This document shows, piece after piece, positions 20,229 through 27,253 of a DNA stretch of 64,000 nucleotides; position 1 is the first letter of the stretch, and every line of letters starts with the position of its first letter. Position numbers and translations under genes: made by a program. The DNA is from an uncultured Acidobacteriota bacterium. Lineage in GTDB: Bacteria; Acidobacteriota; Terriglobia; Acidiferrales; UBA7541. Where the stretch lies: NCBI GenBank assembly GCA_963838945.1, contig CAWITC010000001.1, positions 42,074 through 106,073 on the forward strand. The letters are read 5' to 3'. Under the pieces are notes generated by a model that was not told where the DNA came from, made no database searches, and saw only the letters and a program-made list of their open reading frames with translations.

Positions 20229-20941
20229 GACGCTGAATGGACCGGCTGCTGGCGGGATTCCCAGTGGTCGCTCAAGCGCCGGATCGTCTCTCGCAGTCGC
20301 ACCGCGAGTACCGCGATTGTCTCCAGACGGTCGACGGCGTATGGCGGCAACTGGTTGCGGTGCTTGAGCAGCAATTCCGCGTTGCCCAGAATACCCGTCA
20401 GCGGGTTATTCACTTCATGACGCAGGAGTTCGCCGAAATCTTCCTCCCGATCCTTCTTGGCGAAACACTCGGATTGGATCCGCCGGGCAATCCGCGCCCT
20501 CCGCGCCACCAGTCCCGCCACAACCGGCAGAAAATTGCCCACGCGTGCGACCAAATCCGCGGCTCCGGAACGGATCAGGAATGCGAGCATTTCCTGATGC
20601 TCCGCGGGAGCCGCGACCACAACGGGTGCGTGTTCAATCAAGGAGGCTACTGTCCTTTCCAGCGCGATGCCGCCCTCATTCGGTCCGAGTGCGGAGGCGT
20701 CAAGGAAGATGACGCTGGGGCACCAGTGCTCGAGCATCCTGCTTGCCTGGGCCAGAGTGGCCGCGAGCGGCGCCTGGAGCGGAGCATCCGCGGAGAGAAG
20801 CTCCTCGATCAGACCACGCGTCAGGCTCGAATCGCCGCACACGATCAGAACGCCCGCATCAATCGGCGCTCTTGCGGCGCATTCACTTTTTCTCGATGGG
20901 AAACGATGAATTGACACTGATTCTCCCGCATTCCATTTCAT
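20225..20941 (-). CDS. receiver-like domain + HisKA domain protein lacking a HATPase_c domain (putative phosphotransfer protein)
   Basis: VLIVCGDSS...VIFLDAS...GAADLV resembles a degenerate REC domain. The H-box is FGELLRHEVNNPLTGILGNAELL. The protein ends about 60 aa after the H-box, with no N/G1/G2 boxes. Confidence 0.65.
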   Translation of the reverse strand: MKWNAGESVSIHRFPSRKSECAARAPIDAGVLIVCGDSSLTRGLIEELLSADAPLQAPLAATLAQASRMLEHWCPSVIFLDASALGPNEGGIALERTVASLIEHAPVVVAAPAEHQEMLAFLIRSGAADLVARVGNFLPVVAGLVARRARIARRIQSECFAKKDREEDFGELLRHEVNNPLTGILGNAELLLKHRNQLPPYAVDRLETIAVLAVRLRETIRRLSDHWESRQQPVHSAS

Positions 20942-20963
20942 TCATTCTTGTAAAAAGTCTTAC

Positions 20964-21521
20964 CTACTGGGAGCCGCTTGTTGTCACTCTTAAACTGTGG
21001 GCGCCCTCCGCGCGGCTTCTTTTCCCGGCGGAATCCAGGGCCTCGGCAACAACCGCCTTGAGCTCTTCCACCAAGAATGGCTTCGCGAGGAATGGGACAC
21101 CGCAAGACTCCAGGAACTCCATCGTGCGTGGCGCCAGCGTGTCTCCGGTTACAAAAACCAGACGGTGCTGCAAGGCGCTCCCTTTTGCCACCAGTTCCCG
21201 ATGGAGAGCGCGCCCGTCAAGATGTGGCATCTTCAGATCGCAGATGAGCAGGTCGTAGTTTCCATGAAGGGCACGCCGCAAACCTTCCTCTCCGTCAAGG
21301 ACGATTTCCACTGGATATCCTTCCTCGCCAAGCACGTCCGAAATCAAGCGTGCAACGGTGGGTTCATCCTCCACAACAAGCACGCGTTCCGTTCGCGCGA
21401 CAGAAGGCAACCGGGAAGCCTTTCCGCTACCGTGGCCAAGAGACACAACCGGCGTCGCGATGCGGTCTGCCGCGAGCAGTTCGACGCGGAACGCCGCACC
21501 GTGCCCGGGAGTGCTGTCCAC
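20964..21521 (-). CDS. response-regulator receiver domain (C-terminal part of the hybrid kinase; see frameshift)
   Basis: ERVLVVEDEP...DLLICDLKMPHLDG...VFVTGD...LAKPF. The ORF N-terminus (V)DSTPGHGAAFRVEL is the end of a HATPase_c domain. Confidence 0.7.
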   Translation of the reverse strand: MDSTPGHGAAFRVELLAADRIATPVVSLGHGSGKASRLPSVARTERVLVVEDEPTVARLISDVLGEEGYPVEIVLDGEEGLRRALHGNYDLLICDLKMPHLDGRALHRELVAKGSALQHRLVFVTGDTLAPRTMEFLESCGVPFLAKPFLVEELKAVVAEALDSAGKRSRAEGAHSLRVTTSGSQ

Positions 21522-23113
21522 GTAAATTTCCCCCCATGGGCCTTCAGAATGCCGAAGACGATGGACAATCCGAGCCCTGTTCCAAGGCCTGCCGGCTTAG
21601 TCGTAAAGAACGGATCAAAGATGCGAGGCAGGACGTCCGCAGGGATGCCAGGGCCGGTGTCCGCGATTTCAAGGCCCACTCGCCCGCGGGACGGCTGCCA
21701 CGTTCGGACATAAATGCTTCCTTCCATCGCACCCTGGCGAATTGCCTGCTCGGCGTTCACGACCAGGTTTAGGAAGACCTGCTGCAATTGCGCGGCGTTG
21801 GCGATAATCGGCGGAAGAGAAGCGTCGAGGTCCACAGAAAGCGAGATATTCCCCACCCTGAGCTCATAATTTCTGAGCGCAAGTGTTTTCTCGACGATCT
21901 CGTTCAGTTGCACTGTTTCCCGCTCCGGCCGGGCGTCCCGCGCGAAGAGAAGCAGATTCTTTACGAGGCGGGCGGCGCGCTCGGCCTCTTCGTAGATCAA
22001 TCGCGCATCCGCGGCCTGTGGCTGTGCCAGACCCCTGCCAAGCAGAAGTTGCGCGTACCCCATGATGCCCGTCAGGGGATTGTTCAGCTCGTGCGCGACA
22101 CCTGAGACAAGCTGGCCGAGGCCGGCCATCTTATCGGTCTGTATTAGTTTCGATTGGGCAAATCGCTGGGTGGTCACATCGCGGTAGATCTCGAGACGCC
22201 CTACGACGACGCCATAGCGATCGCGGACGGGACGAACGAACCGCTCAACCCGGCGCTGTTCCGGCGTGGTGATCTCAACCTCATCCCAGCTTGCGTCACC
22301 CGGGCGGTTTGCGAGCTCGCGCCAACGCAGCACAAAAACGGCGGGGTCGCGAAATCGCTCCGCGACGGCGTGCGACAAGTTGTGCCATGTCTTGCAGAGC
22401 GCCAAGACCTGGCGGGTAATCCCAACCAGCTGGGCAAAACGGTCGTTGACAAGCCGGATTCCGCCCGTCACGTCATACAGGATGATTCCTTCATCCGACG
22501 CGTTTGCAAGGCTGACGATTTCCGCTTCCGCGTTCAGCGCCCGGGCCATCACGTCCGAAGCGCTGAGATGGTCAAAGGAACTGGATTCCTCCGGCTCGTC
22601 CGCATTGCAAGAAGCAGCGAATCCCAGCACGTCTGCGATGGCACGGACCGCGGATGTCTCTATCACCGCAGCGTCGTCCCGCCAGGCCATCAGGGCCAGC
22701 CCCAAGGTCCTTCGCGCGACATAGATCGGCAACCAGAGAGCTTTCGCGGCTCCCGTCAATGGCCCGAACCGCATCTGCTCAGAATCGGATCCTTTCAACA
22801 GAATCTCGTCTACCCCGCTCTGCATCAACCCCCGCAGGGCGGGCGAATTCGGATCCAGCTTCAGCCAGCGCTCCGGGACGTGTCCATCCCCAGCTTCCAG
22901 GACAACACCGTGAAGCGCGGGCATCTGCCCCTGTGTCAGCAGCCACACTCCTACGCGGTCAGCGCTGCTGGCGGAAAACAATGCTCGCACGCCGAACTCC
23001 ACAATCCGCGCGAGCGCTTCGCCCTTCACCGCGAGGCGCAACAGCCTTGCAGCCGCCGAATTATCCGCGGCGGGTTCTCCGCTTCTGAATTTATTTGCGT
23101 TGATGGGGGCCAT
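21344..23113 (-). CDS. soluble sensor histidine kinase (GAF-like, PAS, HisKA, HATPase_c); 3' end out of frame
   Basis: H-box VAHELNNPLTGIMGYAQLL, N-box LNLVVNAEQA, G-boxes DTGPGI / GLGTGLGLSIV. After ...ILKAHGG the translation turns into Arg/Cys-rich nonsense. Confidence 0.8.
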   Translation of the reverse strand: MAPINANKFRSGEPAADNSAAARLLRLAVKGEALARIVEFGVRALFSASSADRVGVWLLTQGQMPALHGVVLEAGDGHVPERWLKLDPNSPALRGLMQSGVDEILLKGSDSEQMRFGPLTGAAKALWLPIYVARRTLGLALMAWRDDAAVIETSAVRAIADVLGFAASCNADEPEESSSFDHLSASDVMARALNAEAEIVSLANASDEGIILYDVTGGIRLVNDRFAQLVGITRQVLALCKTWHNLSHAVAERFRDPAVFVLRWRELANRPGDASWDEVEITTPEQRRVERFVRPVRDRYGVVVGRLEIYRDVTTQRFAQSKLIQTDKMAGLGQLVSGVAHELNNPLTGIMGYAQLLLGRGLAQPQAADARLIYEEAERAARLVKNLLLFARDARPERETVQLNEIVEKTLALRNYELRVGNISLSVDLDASLPPIIANAAQLQQVFLNLVVNAEQAIRQGAMEGSIYVRTWQPSRGRVGLEIADTGPGIPADVLPRIFDPFFTTKPAGLGTGLGLSIVFGILKAHGGKFTWTALPGTVRRSASNCSRQTASRRRLCLLATVAERLPGCLLSRERNACLLWRMNPPLHA

Positions 23114-23120
23114 TCGCTTC

Positions 23121-23237
23121 CTACCACCGGGCTCCGAGGATCAAATAGCTCGCGAGTACGCCAATCCCAATGGCAGCCGCGTAGTCAAAAATTGCGCGAA
23201 AAATTCCGGTCCTGAAGAAGCGCTTTTGTCGAGTCAT
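23121..23237 (-). CDS. small single-pass membrane peptide (38 aa), not in the ORF track
   Basis: MTRQKRFFRTGIFRAIFDYAAAIGIGVLASYLILGARW has a basic N-terminus and one TM helix. GGGG lies 7 nt before the ATG. Its stop is 7 nt before the kinase ATG. Confidence 0.35.
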   Translation of the reverse strand: MTRQKRFFRTGIFRAIFDYAAAIGIGVLASYLILGARW

Positions 23238-23258
23238 CGAGGCACCCCGGAAAGGTTA

Positions 23259-23275
23259 TTGCACCGCGCTTGCCA
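23259..23275 (-). promoter_or_regulatory. sigma-54 (-24/-12) promoter candidate
   Basis: Minus strand reads TGGCAA-gcgcg-GTGCAA with correct GG-N10-GC spacing. It lies about 22 nt upstream of the peptide ATG. Confidence 0.5.
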
Positions 23276-23448
23276 TCGGCGGGCCGGTAACCTGCATTGA
23301 ATCAGTGAGTTGGAGATGTGCCCGAATGAATACGCGGCAAGTATTCCCACTACGAAATCAGGAGCCCGGATTGGAGTGCCAGAGTGGTTTGAAGCGAGAG
23401 TCTAGACTATCCGCGCTGGATGCGATCTCGCGGCCTGCGCCAGCCGGC

Positions 23449-24870
23449 CTAGTTTTGCTGAGTTGCCGTGGCGGGATGCGATTCGTAGTGTTTCAGCTTC
23501 CGGTAAAGCGTGGTCTTGCCGATGCCAAGCATACGGGCGGCGGCCACCTTATCGCCTCCCGTTTCTTGCAATGCGCGGAGGATGGCCCGTCGCTCCATCG
23601 CTTCCAGAGGAACCAACTTGTCGTCCTCTATAGGCCGCGTGCCCGAGCCGTAATGGAGATTCGACGGCAGGTCATTCAATTGCAAATTGGGGCCGGACCC
23701 GAGCGCGACGGCGCGCTCAATGGCATTTTCTAGTTCCCGTACGTTGCCCGGCCAATCGTAAGCCATCAAACAGCGCAAGGCTTCCTCGGTCAGTTTGCGC
23801 GGAGGGTGATCCGGATCGGCAAACTTTTCGAGGAAAGCATTGGTGAGGAGTGGAATGTCGCTCTTTCGTTCGCGCAAGGGCGGTATTTTGATCTGCACAA
23901 CATTCAAACGGAAATAGAGGTCCTGGCGAAAAGTCCCGTTGCGAACCGCGGTTTCAAGATCACGATTCGTCGCCGCGATGATGCGGGCCCGCAAAGGAAC
24001 GCGCGTAGTGGATCCGACCGGCTTGATCTCGCGCTCTTGCAACGCGCGAAGGAGCTTGGCCTGCAAGTCCACGGGCATGTCGCCGATTTCGTCGAGGAAT
24101 AGCGTTCCCTCATCGGCTGTCTCCAGCAGACCCTGCTTGTTGTGCTGCGCGCCCGTGAATGCGCCTTTCACGTATCCGAACAGCTCGGATTCAATCAGAG
24201 ATGGAGCGAGCGCGGAACAATCCACGGGCATAAACGGTTTTTGACGGCGGGGCCCAAGAAAATGGATGGAGCTCGCGACGATCTCCTTTCCGGTCCCGCT
24301 TTCGCCCAGAATCAACACCTGGTAGTTGTGCTGGCTCACCTTTTCGATCAAACGGTAGACGCGCTGCATTTTGGCGGAAAGGCCGATCAGCCCGCCAAAT
24401 CCGGGCCGGGTGCGCAACTGCTCGCGAAGGATGCGGTTCTCCTGATCCAAGAGAAGCGCATGCGCCACGCGCTCGAGCTTTACGCGGAGGTCATCAATAT
24501 GAAATGGCTTGGTGACATAGTCCGCCGCGCCAAGCCGGGTCGCTTCCAGCGCGGTATCGATGGTTCCGTACTGAGTCAGCACGATCACGGAAACGTGCGG
24601 CCATTGGGTGCGGATGCGCCGAAGCAACGCCATCCCCCCCATTTCCGGCACGCGTAGGTCCGTCAGCACGATGTCAATCGGGTATTCTTCGAGAGCAGTA
24701 ATCGCCTCTTCCGTGGATGCCGCCGTCCGGACTTGCAGACCGGCCTCCTCGGCCACTTCCTTGCAAACTTCGCGGTCCTCCGCGCTATCTTCAACAAGGA
24801 GCGCGTTCACAACGGACAACGCTTTGGCCGGCGCCTCGATTGCAGAATTCGTCTCCACACGCCCCCTCAA
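23449..24870 (-). CDS. sigma-54 dependent response regulator (REC-AAA+-Fis HTH, NtrC family)
   Basis: REC (LLVEDS...IVLTDLRVPEMGG...TKPF), Walker A GESGTGKE, GAFTGA loop, C-terminal HTH (AAARMLGIGKTTLYRKLK). The ORF starts with TTG at 24870; a likelier start is GTG at 24861 after GAGGGGG. Confidence 0.9.
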   Translation of the reverse strand: MRGRVETNSAIEAPAKALSVVNALLVEDSAEDREVCKEVAEEAGLQVRTAASTEEAITALEEYPIDIVLTDLRVPEMGGMALLRRIRTQWPHVSVIVLTQYGTIDTALEATRLGAADYVTKPFHIDDLRVKLERVAHALLLDQENRILREQLRTRPGFGGLIGLSAKMQRVYRLIEKVSQHNYQVLILGESGTGKEIVASSIHFLGPRRQKPFMPVDCSALAPSLIESELFGYVKGAFTGAQHNKQGLLETADEGTLFLDEIGDMPVDLQAKLLRALQEREIKPVGSTTRVPLRARIIAATNRDLETAVRNGTFRQDLYFRLNVVQIKIPPLRERKSDIPLLTNAFLEKFADPDHPPRKLTEEALRCLMAYDWPGNVRELENAIERAVALGSGPNLQLNDLPSNLHYGSGTRPIEDDKLVPLEAMERRAILRALQETGGDKVAAARMLGIGKTTLYRKLKHYESHPATATQQN

Positions 24871-24892
24871 TAGGAAAGCCAGAGAAGTAGCA

Positions 24893-24907
24893 GCAAGCTA
24901 TGTGCCA
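24893..24907 (-). promoter_or_regulatory. sigma-54 (-24/-12) promoter, consensus match
   Basis: Minus strand reads TGGCAC-atagc-TTGC, a full match to TGGCAC-N5-TTGC. It lies about 25-35 nt upstream of the bEBP start. Confidence 0.7.
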
Positions 24908-25048
24908 TTTCAGAACGGACCTGTGAAAGCCTGCAAATAAAGACTTTACCCTTCAATATAACTATAACAGGATAGCAGGTTAGTACCACAATGGGTAATA
25001 TGTCAACCTTGATTGCAGCCCGAATTGGGAGGCAAGCGTCCGCTTTTC

Positions 25049-25094
25049 ATGGGAATGCCGGAATGGGAATGGCCGCTGGCCCAAAATGGGAATG
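25049..25094. promoter_or_regulatory. three direct ATGGGAATG repeats (candidate enhancer/UAS)
   Basis: Copies at 25049-25057, 25063-25071 and 25086-25094, about 140-200 nt upstream of the sigma-54 promoter and separated from it by an AT-rich tract. Confidence 0.3.
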
Positions 25095-25107
25095 ATCTGC
25101 CGCGGAC

Positions 25108-27111
25108 TCAGTGAATAGGAGTTTCGCCCGAGGGTGATTGCTGGGCCCCTTCATTTGCAAAGCGTATGGCATATAACCCCTCCGTCGCAGAGGCCACAAA
25201 CAAGATCGCTGCCCGTTCTTCCGTTGTAACCACGGGGAAAAACCCCTCCGCGAGCATCCCCGCGACCCGGTTCCAGGATCTTCCGCGATCGCGGGAAAGA
25301 TAGAGCCCGCCCGCGCGCATCGAAGCCAGAAAGATATCTCCCGCAATTGCGAGGTCTTGCACGGAGGCCTGCGGAATCCCCGATCCGGCAAGCGTCCAAG
25401 TTTTCCCCGCATCGCGCGAAATGTAGAGGCCGTTCTCCGCGTCCGCTGCCATTGTTTCTTCTCCACCGTCCGTCGTGGCGTCCAGCCAAATCGCGGCCCC
25501 GGCAGCTTCGGGAAGATCGTGCCAGCTCCAGGTCATCCCGCCGTCATGCGAGAAAACCAAACCTCGCAAGGAGACGACCCATATATTCCGTCCATCCGAA
25601 GAAACTCTGACGCTCCGAACGGGGAGCGCGGGCAATGGCCCGAGCGGAAGGATTTCCCACGTTTCTCCGCGATCCGTCGAACGCAGGAGGCCGCGTTCTG
25701 TCGCGGCGAGCCAGAACGCGTGACAAAAAGCCATGTCATTCACCTGCTCGGTGAAATTGTTCCCCGCCGGACGCAGCGCGGTCTTGCGTCCTTGCTTCGT
25801 GAGACCTGCAGACGCAAGCAGGGAAGCCGTCGCGGCATCCAGACGGCCCGCGGATGTCCATGCCGATTTGCCAGTTTCATACCGCATCAGCCCGCCTCGC
25901 TCGAGCGCGGCCCACCATCCGCCGGGCACTGCATAAAGCCGGCGCACACCCTGCATCTTCAATCCCTGCCCCAGCGGAGCCCACGTGTTTCCTCCATCCT
26001 CGGTTGCAAGGAGCGCCTCCGGAGCGTTCGCGAGCACGGCGAGAACGCGGCCCTGGTGCTGGCGGTCCAGCGCAAGAGCGACGATTTGGCGGTGAAAAAA
26101 ACCATCGTTCGCGGCATGGTAATGCGCGCCGCCATCTTCGCTTAGCAGCACTCCCAGTTTTTCGGTGCCAATCAGGAGTCGCCCCTGCGGGAGCGCGACG
26201 GAATTGATCACCCAATTGCCCGGAGTCAGCCGCTTCCAGTTCAATCCTCCATTCGCCGTAACCCAAAGCCCTTCCGTTGTCGCCGCATAGACAGTCGCTG
26301 CGTGGTCCGGGTCCTGCAGAATCGCCTGCGTCCTGCGCGCGGAATAAGGGATCCCTTGGATTTTGCGCCACAGCCCCGCGCCGTCTTCGCTCAAGTAAAT
26401 CCCGGAGCACGCGCTCGCGAAAATTCGCCGTGGATGCGTGCGGTCCACCAGGATGCTCATCACGTCGGAATCGTCAATCATTCCTTCGTGAACCGGGAGC
26501 CAGTGCTCACCGCCGTCCGTGGTTTTCCACGGAAGGTGAAACGTCCCCGCATAAATGATTCGTGCATCGCCGGGGTCTATGGCAATCGAATCGAAATTGC
26601 GCAGCTCTTCGTGACCCTCCGGCGAAATGCGCGCCCACGTTTTTCCCGCGTCGGCGGACCGAAACACGCCGTCTACAGCTCCCGCGATAAGCACATTTGG
26701 GTCGGAAGGCGCTTCCGCAAGCGCGCGCACGGCATGTCCCATCAGTTCCGCGCCTGACCAAGTGTGGCCGCCATCCTCGCTTCGATAGACCCCGCCTCCT
26801 GCTTTCGGATCCTGCGTCCATGTGCCGGCCCACAACACTTGCGGCGCGCGCGGATCCACCACAATCGCGGTCACTACGCTATCCAGCCGTGTGCCCGCAC
26901 GGCCCAAAAGCGTCCAGTGACCGCCCGCGTCCGATGAGCCGAAGATGTGGCCATCCGCGGCGCCGAGGAAGACTCGGCTTCGGTCCGCCGGATCGCTTGC
27001 CAGCGTCCGCACATCTCCACCCGGCGGCCCCATGGGCTGCCATGTCTGCGCAATCGAATGCGGCGCGGCGAACAGGCCGAGCAGAATTGCGATTTGGATG
27101 AGAGTATTCAT
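25108..27111 (-). CDS. secreted BNR/Asp-box (Ycf48/sialidase-like beta-propeller) repeat protein
   Basis: Signal peptide MNTLIQIAILLGLFAAPHSIAQ and at least 9 Asp-box motifs (SSDAGGHWT, SEDGGHTWS, SADAGKTWA, TTDGGEHWL, TEDGGNTWA, STDRGETWE, SHDGGMTWS, SRDAGKTWT, SRDRGRSWN). Confidence 0.75.
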   Translation of the reverse strand: MNTLIQIAILLGLFAAPHSIAQTWQPMGPPGGDVRTLASDPADRSRVFLGAADGHIFGSSDAGGHWTLLGRAGTRLDSVVTAIVVDPRAPQVLWAGTWTQDPKAGGGVYRSEDGGHTWSGAELMGHAVRALAEAPSDPNVLIAGAVDGVFRSADAGKTWARISPEGHEELRNFDSIAIDPGDARIIYAGTFHLPWKTTDGGEHWLPVHEGMIDDSDVMSILVDRTHPRRIFASACSGIYLSEDGAGLWRKIQGIPYSARRTQAILQDPDHAATVYAATTEGLWVTANGGLNWKRLTPGNWVINSVALPQGRLLIGTEKLGVLLSEDGGAHYHAANDGFFHRQIVALALDRQHQGRVLAVLANAPEALLATEDGGNTWAPLGQGLKMQGVRRLYAVPGGWWAALERGGLMRYETGKSAWTSAGRLDAATASLLASAGLTKQGRKTALRPAGNNFTEQVNDMAFCHAFWLAATERGLLRSTDRGETWEILPLGPLPALPVRSVRVSSDGRNIWVVSLRGLVFSHDGGMTWSWHDLPEAAGAAIWLDATTDGGEETMAADAENGLYISRDAGKTWTLAGSGIPQASVQDLAIAGDIFLASMRAGGLYLSRDRGRSWNRVAGMLAEGFFPVVTTEERAAILFVASATEGLYAIRFANEGAQQSPSGETPIH

Positions 27112-27176
27112 CTCTCGTCGAAGAGCACCTCCTTGATTCTACGTTTGCCGGAACTCCCGCGGCAATGCTTCCGGCG

Positions 27177-27219
27177 AAAAACAGACAGGCCCGGTGCAGC
27201 CTGCGCTGCGCCGGGCCTG
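27177..27219 (-). terminator. rho-independent terminator of the OmpA-family gene
   Basis: CAGGCCCGG...CCGGGCCTG stem with internal GCAGC/GCTGC extension, followed on the minus strand by TGTCTGTTTTTCG. Confidence 0.6.
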
Positions 27220-27253
27220 ATCACGGAATCCCGTGAATATCCCTTGTTATCGT

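Larger units (their letters stand above)
20964..23113 (-). pseudogene. hybrid sensor histidine kinase/receiver, interrupted by a 1-nt frameshift (alternative reading of the two ORFs above)
   Basis: Adding one G to the G6 run (complement of 21530-21535) gives ...ILKAHGGEIYVDSTPGHGAAFRVELL... running into the REC domain. Confidence 0.5.

Noticed and set aside
23100-23300. 66-aa plus-strand ORF MMGAIRFLPPGSEDQ...
   Set aside because: It lies antisense to the better-supported 38-aa membrane peptide ORF and the sigma-54 promoter, and has no signal or motif.
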